63,723 bases of DNA, filler included, from Octopus bimaculoides (GCF_001194135.2; 7 parts of 7 records of this genome joined end to end with filler, not necessarily neighbours in it); one strand, 5' to 3'. Shown: positions 37,366 to 49,727, counted from the first letter of the whole stretch. Notes: generated by a model not told the origin, from the letters alone. Numbers and translations are program-made.

Positions 37366-37461
37366 TTTGTCCATAAAATATGTAACTAACTTTGCCATTG
37401 TTCTCTTTATCCTTTTCTCTCTTTATATATATATATATGTAGGTATGTGTGTATATATATA

Positions 37462-37524
<63 letters not shown>

Positions 37525-37716
37525 NNNNNNNNNNNNNNNNNNNNNNNNNNNNNNNNNNNNNNNNNNNNNNNNNNNNNNNNNNNNNNNNNNNNNNNNNNNN
37601 NNNNNNNNNNNNNNNNNNNNNNNNNNNNNNNNNNNNNNNNNNNNNNNNNNNNNNNNNNNNNNNNNNNNNNNNNNNNNNNNNNNNNNNNNNNNNNNNNNNN
37701 NNNNNNNNNNNATGTA

Positions 37717-37873
37717 TAAAAAGTTTCTGGCTTTCAGTCAATTATGATTTTATTCAACATATTCCCCTCACGGATTCACACACTTATTGCAACGGTCCTT
37801 CAGTTTTTCTAAGCCCCGTAAAAGAACTCGGAAGGTTGGGCCTCCAGCCACGCTTTTCGTAATACCTCTCGTA
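37717..37873. mobile_element. mariner-type MITE (partial)
   Basis: aaaaagtttctggcttt..ttttattcaacatattcccctc..gaactcggaaggttgggcctcc..cctctcgTA; shares sequence with 14470-14535. Confidence 0.65.
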
Positions 37874-38035
37874 TATATACGGTGGGCTTCTTTCAGTTTC
37901 TGTCTGCCAAATCCACTCATAAGGCTTTGGTCAGCCCTGGGCTATAATGAAAGACATTTGTTCAAGATTCTGCGCAGTGGGATTGAACTCAAGACCACAT
38001 GTTTGGGAAACAATTGCCTTAAGCACGCCTCTGCA
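37874..38035 (-). mobile_element. SINE family A head
   Basis: gggcttctttcagtttctgtctgccaaatccactcataaggctttggtc..gcagtgggattgaactc. Confidence 0.8.
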
Positions 38036-38089
38036 AACTCTTTCTCTTCACTCAAAGGTTCACTCGCACTTATTTAGAACTGAGGAGTA

Positions 38090-38293
38090 TAAAAAAGAGA
38101 GAAAGTGAGTGAGTGAGTGAGTGAGTGAGTGAATGAGTGAGTGAGTGGGTGACAGAGAGAAAGAAAGAAAACGAAAGGAGAAAGAAGGAAAAAAACAAAA
38201 AAGGAATGAACAAAAAGAAAAAGAAAGACAGAAAGAAACAAACAGCAAAGAAAAAAGAAACGAAGAAACAAAGAAACGAAGAAACAAAGAAAC

Positions 38294-38358
<65 letters not shown>

Positions 38359-38400
38359 ATTAAAGAAAGAAAGAAAGAAAGAAAGAAAGGAGGAAGGAAG
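38090..38400. repeat. (GAGT)n/(GAAA)n purine-rich compound repeat
   Basis: read directly. Confidence 0.9.
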
Positions 38401-38875
38401 GGTAAAAACGGGAGGAGCAATCAAACAGAGCAATTGTACTGAAGGTCACCACTGACGTCTGTTCAGATTTAACATGATTTTCAAGATGATGACGGTATCG
38501 GTGATGATGATGATGATGATGATGAGAGGGAGGAGGCGGTGGATGAGAAGGATAATAATCGTTATCATCATAATGATGGCATCTATTGTTTAAGGTGACT
38601 GAATCGACCCCTATAAATAAATATACATATTTATATGTGTGTGTGTTTGTGTGTATATGTGTATATATATGTATATATATGTGTGTGCATATGTGTGTGT
38701 GAGTGTGTATTACACATGTGTATGTATATATGTATGCTATATATATTTACATACATATATATATATATGTATAAAGACATACACATATTCATATATGTGT
38801 GTGTGTTATATATATTTATATATGTGCGTGTGTGTTATATAAGTTTGTGCTTGTATACACACACACGCACACATG

Positions 38876-39077
38876 TACTCTTTTACTCTTTTACTTCTTT
38901 CAATCATTTGACTGTGGCCATGCTGGAGCACCGCCTTTAGTCGGGCAAATCGACCCCAGGACTTATTCTTTGTTAGCCTGGTACTTATTCTATCGGTCTC
39001 TTTTGCGGAAACGCTAGGTTACGGGGACGAAAACACACCAGCATCGGTTGTCAAGCGGGACAAACACAGATACACAA

Positions 39078-39113
<36 letters not shown>
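38876..39113 (-). mobile_element. SINE family A 3' half, internal (CA)n running into a gap
   Basis: catttgactgtggccatgctggagcaccgcctttagtcgggcaaatcgaccccaggacttattctttg. Confidence 0.9.
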
Positions 39114-39114
<1 letters not shown>

Positions 39115-39734
39115 NNNNNNNNNNNNNNNNNNNNNNNNNNNNNNNNNNNNNNNNNNNNNNNNNNNNNNNNNNNNNNNNNNNNNNNNNNNNNNNNNNNNNN
39201 NNNNNNNNNNNNNNNNNNNNNNNNNNNNNNNNNNNNNNNNNNNNNNNNNNNNNNNNNNNNNNNNNNNNNNNNNNNNNNNNNNNNNNNNNNNNNNNNNNNN
39301 NNNNNNNNNNNNNNNNNNNNNNNNNNNNNNNNNNNNNNNNNNNNNNNNNNNNNNNNNNNNNNNNNNNNNNNNNNNNNNNNNNNNNNNNNNNNNNNNNNNN
39401 NNNNNNNNNNNNNNNNNNNNNNNNNNNNNNNNNNNNNNNNNNNNNNNNNNNNNNNNNNNNNNNNNNNNNNNNNNNNNNNNNNNNNNNNNNNNNNNNNNNN
39501 NNNNNNNNNNNNNNNNNNNNNNNNNNNNNNNNNNNNNNNNNNNNNNNNNNNNNNNNNNNNNNNNNNNNNNNNNNNNNNNNNNNNNNNNNNNNNNNNNNNN
39601 NNNNNNNNNNNNNNNNNNNNNNNNNNNNNNNNNNNNNNNNNNNNNNNNNNNNNNNNNNNNNNNNNNNNNNNNNNNNNNNNNNNNNNNNNNNNNNNNNNNN
39701 NNNNNNNNNNNNNNNNATATATATATATATATTA

Positions 39735-39914
39735 TTAACTGCATACTTTGATTTCCAACATATGTTTCGAAGATTACAAATTATACCTTCTCCAACTACA
39801 GTTCTCATATTCGGTTAAAATGTCTTACGTTTAAGCTGGTTCCCATGCATTTCCCTGAAGAGATTACATTCTTAATCTTCGAAACATATGTTGGAAATAA
39901 AAGTATGCAGTTAA
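39735..39914. mobile_element. Fold-back element (42-bp inverted arms) with a hammerhead overlapping the right arm
   Basis: 39735-39776 versus 39873-39914, near-perfect inverted repeat. Confidence 0.85.
39850..39897 (+). ncRNA. Minimal type-I hammerhead motif (bulged stem II)
   Basis: TTTCC-CTGAAGA-GATTAcattctTAATCttc-GAAA-CATATG-TT-GGAAA; perfect stem I; GUU triplet. Confidence 0.65.
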
Positions 39915-39943
39915 CATATGCGTTTTACTCCATTCACTAAATT

Positions 39944-39985
<42 letters not shown>

Positions 39986-41691
39986 AACATATGCATATGT
40001 ATGTATATAGGTATGCGCTTTTTTATCTTTAATTAACAGAAGTTACTGAATGACTCAAAAGCTGAGAGTTTCGTACGTTGGTAGTTATCAATGAGCGCCA
40101 AACCACGAAACTCTCGGCCCTTGAGTCACTCAGTATTTTTCTATCTATTATTTGTTTTAAAAATAAACACACACATATGTATGTATAAATATGTATGCAT
40201 ATATACATGTTGATCGGTTGAGATATTCTGACAAACTAAGTAGACGAAAGTATGTTTAATTATTTGCATGTGTGTGTGTACGTTAATATTTTTCTTAAAA
40301 TATAATAAAATATGTAAAAAAATATTAAAATATGTAATATACACTTATAAAAATGAAAATTAAAAATAAAATAAGTAAATGTAAATAAATATTGATGAAA
40401 ATTAATAAAAATATGATATTTCACTCAAAATTTTCAAAATGCAAACTTATTTTATTATGTTTTGTAATTTGTATTGAGCGTGAATGGTAACAATTGTAGG
40501 CAAAGTTAATTAATTATTCAATTAATTTTGTCCATTAAATCTTTCCCTTTTCTTACTTAATAATATATTATATTTATAATATATTTATTGAAGAGATATC
40601 TCTTCAAAATATAATATATTAAACCAGTGTAACTTGGATGGAACCATCCCTATAAAAGGTTTATATCCTCAAATTGACTCTGAGTATATATATATNNNNN
40701 NNNNNNNNNNNNNNNNNNNNNNNNNNNNNNNNNNNNNNNNNNNNNNNNNNNNNNNNNNNNNNNNNNNNNNNNNNNNNNNNNNNNNNNNNNNNNNNNNNNN
40801 NNNNNNNNNNNNNNNNNNNNNNNNNNNNNNNNNNNNNNNNNNNNNNNNNNNNNNNNNNNNNNNNNNNNNNNNNNNNNNNNNNNNNNNNNNNNNNNNNNNN
40901 NNNNNNNNNNNNNNNNNNNNNNNNNNNNNNNNNNNNNNNNNNNNNNNNNNNNNNNNNNNNNNNNNNNNNNNNNNNNNNNNNNNNNNNNNNNNNNNNNNNN
41001 NNNNNNNNNNNNNNNNNNNNNNNNNNNNNNNNNNNNNNNNNNNNNNNNNNNNNNNNNNNNNNNNNNNNNNNNNNNNNNNNNNNNNNNNNNNNNNNNNNNN
41101 NNNNNNNNNNNNNNNNNNNNNNNNNNNNNNNNNNNNNNNNNNNNNNNNNNNNNNNNNNNNNNNNNNNNNNNNNNNNNNNNNNNNNNNNNNNNNNNNNNNN
41201 NNNNNNNNNNNNNNNNNNNNNNNNNNNNNNNNNNNNNNNNNNNNNNNNNNNNNNNNNNNNNNNNNNNNNNNNNNNNNNNNNNNNNNNNNNNNNNNNNNNN
41301 NNNNNNNNNNNNNNNNNNNNNNNNNNNNNNNNNNNNNNNNNNNNNNNNNNNNNNNNNNNNNNNNNNNNNNNNNNNNNNNNNNNNNNNNNNNNNNNNNNNN
41401 NNNNNNNNNNNNNNNNNNNNNNNNNNNNNNNNNNNNNNNNNNNNNNNNNNNNNNNNNNNNNNNNNNNNNNNNNNNNNNNNNNNNNNNNNNNNNNNNNNNN
41501 NNNNNNNNNNNNNNNNNNNNNNNNNNNNNNNNNNNNNNNNNNNNNNNNNNNNNNNNNNNNNNNNNNNNNNNNNNNNNNNNNNNNNNNNNNNNNNNNNNNN
41601 NNNNNNNNNNNNNNNNNNNNNNNNNNNNNNNNNNNNNNNNNNNNNNNNNNNNNNNNNNNNNNNNNNNNNNNNNNNNNNNNNNNNNNNNNNN

Positions 41692-41843
41692 GAAGTTTGC
41701 TTCCCAACCACACGGTTTCGGGTTCAGACCCACTGTGTGACACCTTGGGCAAGTGTTTTTTTTACCAGAGCCTCGGGCCAACCAAAGCCTTGTGAGTGGA
41801 TTTGGTAGACGGAAACTGATAGAAGCCTGTCGTATGTGCGTGT

Positions 41844-41891
<48 letters not shown>

Positions 41892-42077
41892 GTATATGTG
41901 TATTTATGTGTGTGTCTTTTTGTCTGTGTTTGTTCCCTACCACCGCTTGACAACCGGTTTTGGTGTGTTTACGTTTCCGTAGCTTAACGGTTCGGCTGAA
42001 AAATCCTTCAATGCGGTGCCCCAGTATGGCCGTAGTCTAATGAGTGAAACAAGTAAAAGTTAAAAAATAAAAGATAA
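41692..42077 (+). mobile_element. SINE family A, near full length
   Basis: gggttcagacccactgtgtgacaccttgggcaagtg..ccaaagccttgtgagtggatttggtagacggaaactg; internal (TG)n; tail gtgccccagtatggccg..gaaacaagtaaaag. Confidence 0.9.
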
Positions 42078-42439
42078 CTTCACGGGTCAGCAAAGTTTGA
42101 ATACTGAAAGGAGAGTCTGGAAACGGTTTCGTCACACCTCGGACGGACCTGGTTGACGGAACTTCTGCCCGTGTCGAGTTTATCTCCAGCCGGCAATACT
42201 TCCAGACTCTGTAGAACTGCCAGACCAAGGCTTTGGGTGGGGGGAGAATTTATCCATCGTCCTCAGGGTTAAAAGCTCACCCCTTCCCTATAAAAAAAAG
42301 ACATCATAACATACACACAGTGGGTTATAGGAGGTTAAATTGAACTCAGTATTCAACTGTCAATGAATTTATCGAACAACGACAATAACAACAACAGTAC
42401 AAGAGACAATAACAAGAACAGCAACAACAACAACAACAC

Positions 42440-42715
42440 ATGACCCCCGAAAGGGACATGACTTTGGTGGAATTTGAACTCGAGGCATAAGGACGTACGA
42501 AATGCCGCTTAGCATTTTTGTCCGGCGTGCTAACGATTCTGTCGGCATTTCGTACAGCTTTACGTTCTGAGCTCGAATTCCGTGGAGGTTGATTTTGCCT
42601 TTCATCTTCTCGGGATCGATAGAATAGGTATCTGTTGAATGCTGGGGTCCATGTAATCGGCTTTACTCCTCCTCCGATATCTCTGGCCTTGTACCAAAAT
42701 TTGAAACTAGTATTA
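42440..42715. mobile_element. Two SINE family B fragments head-to-head (- then +)
   Basis: ggaatttgaactcga..cgaaatgccgcttagcatttttgtccggcgtgctaacgattct directly followed by ggcatttcgtac..cgttctgagctcgaattccg..gatcgatagaatag. Confidence 0.75.
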
Positions 42716-42912
42716 AATAAATATTTTCATTTTAGAAATAAGAGGAGGAGGGAGAAAAGAACGAAAGGAAGAAGGAAGGAAACAAACAAACAAAGAAGGG
42801 GAGGGAGAAGAAGGGGAAGGGAAAGAAAGAAAAAGAAAGAAAGAAAGAAAGAAAGAAAGAAATCAGTGGGAGGAGAGAGGTGGGTTTAAGGAAAGAAGGG
42901 AAAAGGGAAATC

Positions 42913-42973
<61 letters not shown>

Positions 42974-43046
42974 ATTTAAATATGCATGTATGTGTATGAA
43001 AGGGTGTGAATGGATGCATGTATGTGTTTATGGAAGTGCGCATGAT

Positions 43047-43077
<31 letters not shown>

Positions 43078-43182
43078 GAGAGNNNNNNNNNNNNNNNNNN
43101 NNNNNNNNNNNNNNNNNNNNNNNNNNTTAATTAATTAANNNNNNNNNNNNNNNNNNNNNNNNNNNNNNNNNNNNNNNNNNNN

Positions 43183-44334
43183 AGATCGTGCCTCACCACT
43201 TCATCCCAGGTCTTCCTGGGCTTACCTCTTCCACAGGTTTCCTCAACTGCTAGGGTGTGACACTTTTTCACACAGCTATCCTCATCCATTCTCGCCACAT
43301 GACCATACCAGAGCAATCGTCTCTCTTGCACACCACAACTGATGCTTCTTAGGTTCAACTTTTCTCTCAAGGTACCAACACTCTGTCAAGTATGCACACT
43401 GACATTACACATCCATTGGAGAATACTGGCTTCATTCCTTGCGAGCCTATGCATGTCTTCAGCAGTCACGACCCATATTTCACTGCCATGTAGCATGGCT
43501 GTTCATACACATGCGTTATACAATCTGCCTTTTACCCTGAGTGAGAGGCCTCTTGTCACCAGCAGGGGTAAGAGCTCTCTGAACTTTGCCCAGGCTATTT
43601 TTATTCTAGCAGCTACACTTTCAGTGCACCCTCCCCCACTACTAACTTGGTCACCTAGATAGTGGAAGCTATCAACTAAATCTAGTTTTTCTCTCTGGAA
43701 TGTGGCCAAAGTACTTTTCTGCACATTTTCAGTGTTTATTGCTCCTGAACATCTGCCACATACAAAAACTAACTTCCTAGTTAACCTTCCTTTGATATTG
43801 CTGCACCTCTTATGTGTCCATAGCTTGCACTGGGTACATCTTATGGAGTTTCTACAGATCGAGCAGGGCCATCTACCTGAAGGGGTTTGTGTTTTGTTTA
43901 CCTTCCTACTTATTAGGACTTTGGTTTTAGCTAGGTTGACTCTAAAGCCCTTCGATTCTAGTCCTTGGTTCCACACCTGAAACTTCTCTAGTTCTGATAG
44001 TGACTCAGCAATTAGTGCAAGGTCATCAGCATAGAGGAGCTCCGAGGGGCATCCTGTCTTGAATTCCTCTGTTATAGCCTGGAGGACTATGATAAATAGG
44101 AGGGGGCTGAGGACGGAACCTTGGTGGACTCCTACTTCTACCTGGAATTCTTCACTGTACTCGTTGCCAACCTTCACCTTACTGACAGCATCTCTGTACA
44201 TGACTCGCATAGCTCTTACTAACTATTCTTCTATCCCTAGTTTCTTCATTGACCACCAGATAAGGGATCGGGGGTCCCTGTCAAAGGCTTTCTCCATGTC
44301 AATGAAAGCCAGGTACAGAGGTTTATCTTTGGTT
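43183..44334 (-). mobile_element. RTE-clade LINE, 5'-truncated RT/C-terminal fragment (pseudogenised)
   Basis: LYLAFIDMEKAFD, GVHQGSVLSPLLF, YADD, VNLAKTK, FHYLG, RLLWYGHVARM, GRGKPRKTW; in-frame stops. Confidence 0.92.
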
Positions 44335-45091
44335 ATATACATATATATATAACATGTATATAAAATATATATATATCTATAGAATATATATATATTTATG
44401 GATGAAAGAATCGCAATTAATATTCTAAATACCATAACTTAGGTCATAGCGTCATTTTTTCAGTCAAAATGACTCCCAATTACGAATAAAATCCATAAAA
44501 CTACAAAAATTAACATTTTCCCCTCTAATAAAATTTTATTTCCTCTTTCTAATACTTTTACAAATCCTTTCAACTCCTACTTTCTCTTATGAACCTTTAC
44601 GAACGATCCGACAACAAATACAAAAATAAAGGAAGGAGAAACACTGACAGTAAAAGAAAACTATTTCAGTATCAAAACTGAAACAATCACATTTCGATAC
44701 TGTAATGACAGACACTAAAACTACATACAAAATCACTTTTACCCTCTAAAACAATCTACTTAACTATTTCTACTCCTCTTACAAATCATTTCAATTGCTA
44801 CTTTTTCTTATGAACGTTTACGAAAGATCCAAGAAAAAAGACAAAGAAACGAAGTAAAAAGAGTGAGAGTCAAATAAACAGACACACTACCAATCATACG
44901 TAAATACACACATATATATGTACCTATGGTTACCAATGACCTCATTCTAATTGGCAGGAATCGTAAGTTATTTCTAACTCCGTCCTTCACCATGATAACA
45001 GCAAAATGAAAAATAGCGAGACATCTTTTTCAAATACGATCGACAAACATTTATTCCCTACAAACTGTGAGTTTTTTTTGAAAATCTTTTC

Positions 45092-45185
45092 GTAAATCTT
45101 GAGATTAACACCCGCACGATTACCTACCTAACCCTAACCCTAACACTGTAGCGAAAATCGTACGGGTGTTAATCTGAAAATTTAC
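45092..45185. repeat. Hairpin (~30-bp arms) enclosing (CCCTAA)n telomere-like hexamers
   Basis: agattaacacccgcacgatt / aatcgtacgggtgttaatct; loop contains cctaaccctaaccctaac. Confidence 0.85.
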
Positions 45186-45305
45186 CAATCTTTTTTAAAA
45201 CACATTTATTTACCAACATTTTTTTATTTAGTGCGTGTGTGTGTGTTGCTCATATATATATACACTTAAGACTTAGTTGTGGGTTGGGAGTTTGATCAGC
45301 AGAGG

Positions 45306-45339
<34 letters not shown>

Positions 45340-45345
<6 letters not shown>

Positions 45346-45452
45346 AAATTTTTCCCACAAGGGCGGCTAGGGGCAGGCGGAGAATAGTCGATTATATCGA
45401 CCCGTGTTCAACTAGTACTTATTTTTTAGACCCCAAAAGGATGAAAGGCAAA
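45340..45452 (-). mobile_element. SINE family B 3' fragment after (ATT)n
   Basis: gtcgattatatcgaccc..agtacttatttt..gaccccaaaaggatgaaaggcaaa. Confidence 0.65.
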
Positions 45453-46273
45453 TATATGTATATATGTATATATGTATATGTGAGAGATTTTGACTCAAAA
45501 CTGAACCCGAATCTCTCAGCTCACAACTCGAACTCAGAGGAAAATGTTTCCCACGGTCAAAAGTATATTTTCCCAAACAAAAGACCACACATTCAAGTGA
45601 ATTCCTTGTAAAACTAAGGGCTCCTCTATAGATAACGAGTGACAAAGAAAATGTTTGGCAAAAATTAACGGTCAAAACACTTGACCGTCGACACCATAAA
45701 TCGAGGGAACGTTAGCCAGACATAGCTTCACTTGTCAGTGCTGTGACCACCAAATGTTATAAATAGAGAGACATTTGGCCAAGAAAAGTTAGTTGCTGGC
45801 AGACCCCACACGCTTTGCAAGGACAGTCATCTGTCTAATTGAGATGTCACGACTGCTGACTACTACTACTAACCCAAGAGCACGCATCGCTACAACAACT
45901 GTTATACAAGTAAGGTTCTTTTGTACACATATGCTTTGTCTATTCAAGCAAGCGAAAACACCTAGATACACAAACAACAATTCCTACGTCACAAATACCA
46001 CAACTGAATTTGTTCCTTGTGAACATTTTTTCTGTTATTATTGTTTACCTGCTGTGTCATAACAAATGTTACCATTTCAAATTTTAATAAATAACTTATA
46101 ACGTATTCTAAAAGTCATGTCAACTTAATGCTCTACACCACATTCAGACAATTCAACTCCTGATTACAAACCAGCGAGACNNNNNNNNNNATATACAAAA
46201 TATATGTATATATGTAATATATAGATAAATTTAAAAAATGGAGTTCAACGCAGATTGTATTCAAATTTTTTTA

Positions 46274-46359
46274 CTTCCGACATGTTTCGAAAACAACATT
46301 GGTATTATTCTAGAAGAAATAAAATTTTGTAAGACAATGCAATCTTCTCATCAGGGAAA
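46274..46359 (-). ncRNA. Type-I hammerhead ribozyme motif, canonical core, long stem II
   Basis: minus strand TTTCC-CTGATGA-GAAGATTGCATTG..CAATGTTGTTTTC-GAAA-CATG-TC-GGAAG; GUC triplet; 12 of 13 stem II positions pair (counting G-U). Confidence 0.75.
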
Positions 46360-46715
46360 GAAAGAAACTTAACACATCAATAAGACATTTCAACAGAATG
46401 TGATGACTGCATATAATGATGAAGGGAATGCAATTAAGTTTTAAAAAAAAAACATTAGTAGATATAACATCAAATGTAGCATTTAGAGAGAAAGAAAAGG
46501 AAAGAAATTAGCAGAAAACTAATAGTGGAGCAATATAGTACGATGGGTAAATTAGAATAAAGCTTTAAAGCGTGGAATTAGATATATTTAGTGGAAGTGA
46601 AATGTAGTTCCTGTAAGTGATTTCTACCATTCTATATAAATTGATATTTGATTGTTTTCTTACATTTCTCCTTCACTAAAATATATTTATATAAATATAT
46701 GTAATATATATAAAA

Positions 46716-47544
46716 ATAACCCACATTGCACAACCCGAGAATTGGCAGAAAGCCTCAACCTATCAAAATCTGGTAAAGCTTGGGTACACAAATCGCTACG
46801 ATGTTTGGGTACCACATGAGTTGAGTGAGAAGAGCCTTTGGGATCGCATGATTTGCTTTATAAATGGAATGAAAACGCACCTTTTTTTAAAGCAAATTGT
46901 GACAGGTGATGAGAAATGGATTATCTACCAAAATGTTCAGAGAAAGCGATCCTGGAGTAAGCGACATGAGCCACTCCAAAAGCGGGTCTTCCCCCTAAAA
47001 AAAACTTGTTTTGTGTCTGGTGGGATTGGAAAGGAATTCTGTACTATGAGCTTCTCCCAAGTAACCAGACAATTAATTCTGAGAAATACTGCATAAAACT
47101 GGACGAGTTAAAAGCAGCAATTCAAGAGAAACGTCCAGAATTGGCCAACAGGAAGGGTGTTGTTTTCCAACATGGTAATGCAAGACCACACGTTTCTTTG
47201 GGAGCCAGACAAAAATTGCTGCAGCTCAGCTGCGATGTGTTATCCCACCCTCCATATTCACCAGATAATGCTCCTTCAGATTTCCACTTATTCAGGTCAC
47301 TGCAGAATAGTCATAATGGTAACAATTTCAATTCCTTGGATGACGTAAAAAGATACCTTGATGAATTCTTTGCCATGAAACCACCTCAATTCTGGGAAGC
47401 GGGTATTTTCAAGTTAAAGGAAAGATGGAGACGCATTGTGCAACAAAATGGTTCATATTTGGTTGATTAACAATGTAATGGCAAGTATTTATTGACCTTT
47501 TATTTCCTTTAAAAATCAGCACAAACTTTCCAGACAACCCAATA
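46716..47544 (+). mobile_element. mariner transposon (DD34D), 5'-truncated, frameshifted
   Basis: WVPHEL, TGDEKW, HGNARPH (second Asp replaced by Gly), YSPDNAPSD with 34-residue spacing; 3' TIR-like end acaaactttccagacaacccaa+TA. Confidence 0.92.
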
Positions 47545-48094
47545 TATATATATATATATATAAATATATNNNNNNNNNNNNNNNNNNNNNNNNNNNNNNN
47601 NNNNNNNNNNNNNTTAATTAATTAANNNNNNNNNNNNNNNNNNNNNNNNNNNNNNNNNNNNNNNNNNNNTAAATGTGTGTGTGTATGTATGTATGTATGG
47701 ACGTATCGAAAGTATCAGATAAGGGAGAATTATAATTAATATGAACTGCTTTCTACGCCACGAGTAATTATGTGACTGTAAAATAAGAACTTGACATAGG
47801 GAAATAAAAAGGTAATGCGAGATGATGTGCTAAGTGTTGGCAAATAATTGCTATTCAGGAAAAAACTTTGTTATGTTATTGTTTTCTTCACGCATAAATT
47901 TGCCACATTTCGGTGAAATGCCGCCATTGCTCACTGACTTAATGTCTGCACAATCTCTATAAATAGTCTAAAAAATACTTGATGAAGGCGACTCCAATTA
48001 CATTACACACGTAAAGATGAAATGCAATATCCCGTCTTTGCATTACTTCATACGCAATTAAGCTGAATGAATATATTTATGTATGAATGTAGAC

Positions 48095-48155
<61 letters not shown>

Positions 48156-48159
48156 GCTA

Positions 48160-48420
48160 TATTTTATTCTTTTACTTGTTTCAGTCGTTTGACTGAGGCC
48201 ATGCTGGAACACCGCCTTGAAGGGTTTTATTTAGTTGAACAAACCAACCCCAGGACTTATTTTTTAAGTCTAGTATTTATTCTATCGGTGTCTTTTGCCG
48301 GATTGCTAAGTTACGTGGACGTCAACACATCAACACCGGTTGTCAAGCGGTAATGGGGAGACAGACAGAAAGGCACACACACATAAATATATGCATATAT
48401 ATATATATATGTGTATATAT
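48160..48420 (-). mobile_element. SINE family A 3' half, internal (TA)n running into a gap
   Basis: ttttacttgtttcagtcgtttgactgaggccatgctggaacaccgcc..ccggttgtcaagcgg. Confidence 0.85.
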
Positions 48421-48790
48421 NNNNNNNNNNNNNNNNNNNNNNNNNNNNNNNNNNNNNNNNNNNNNNNNNNNNNNNNNNNNNNNNNNNNNNNNNNNNNNNN
48501 NNNNNNNNNNNNNNNNNNNNNNNNNNNNNNNNNNNNNNNNNNNNNNNNNNNNNNNNNNNNNNNNNNNNNNNNNNNNNNNNNNNNNNNNNNNNNNNNNNNN
48601 NNNNNNNNNNNNNNNNNNNNNNNNNNNNNNNNNNNNNNNNNNNNNNNNNNNNNNNNNNNNNNNNNNNNNNNNNNNNNNNNNNNNNNNNNNNNNNNNNNNN
48701 NNNNNNNNNNNNNNNNNNNNNNNNNNNNNNNNNNNNNNNNNNNNNNNNNNNNNNNNNNNNNNNNNNNNNNNNNNNNNNNNNNNNNNNNNN

Positions 48791-48829
<39 letters not shown>

Positions 48830-48989
48830 GGTAATATTCCGATGCTTCAAATTTTGCTCCGAGCAGACGTTCATCAAATGACGTCAGCTTAATAATTACT
48901 TTTCTCGCATCATCGCTCGTTAAAATATCTTTATACATACGTACATACATATATACACACAGGCACACATGCATACATGCATACGTATA

Positions 48990-49031
<42 letters not shown>

Positions 49032-49666
49032 CATATGCATACATGCATAAGCATATATATATATATACATACACACACACATACACCCCTATCAATTTAT
49101 CTATCCATCCATTTACATACATACATATACGAGTATTAAATTTCTCGCCCGCTATGTATATGTGTGTGTTTGTGTTTGTGTCAGAGTCTATGTGATGTGT
49201 GCATTAAAACAACACAAATATTTTCAAGCTGCAGCATACATATTCGGTCATCATTTTCCAATGAACAGTAAGTGAAGGATTTGCTTTGAAATTTCCCAGA
49301 AAAAATTCAAGTATGATCGTGCAAATTATACTCGAGTGATTTCTTTATCTATGATTGTGTTTGGGTGTATAATGATGGCGGCAAAGCTCAAATGAATTTG
49401 CATCGCGTCAAAACACATTTGTCTCGCGATTACCAAATGTATTTCGAAAATGCAGTGGTGTTCAATATATGGCTATGCTATATGACTTGATGAGATACCT
49501 CAGTGATTCTCCAAGGTTTCTCTCTGAGCCCAAAACAGCTATGCTGCTCGTGAAAAGTTCAGCAACGTGTACAAAGATTATTTTCTTGGCGATAGAGCCC
49601 TATGTTTCAGTGTTTCGGCACTCGTAACTTTCTCTCGTAACTTTCTCTCCCTCCCCCTCCTTAAAC

Positions 49667-49727
<61 letters not shown>

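Larger units (their letters stand above)
35759..37420 (+). mobile_element. Penelope-like element (Neptune-type GIY-YIG), no RT visible, hammerhead in the 3' region
   Basis: GIY-YIG ORF, then a pyrimidine-rich 3' region with diverged ~107-bp tandem repeats, then a hammerhead motif. Confidence 0.8.

Noticed and set aside
45640-46180. Possible solo LTR (TATA-like and AATAAA signals)
   Set aside because: No second LTR, PBS, PPT or TSD is identifiable, and it ends at a gap.
49229-49273. 39-nt candidate exon (AAYIFGHHFPMN) with a gtaagt donor
   Set aside because: Phase 1 is incompatible with direct joining to the phase-0 exon 1, and no homology is recognised.
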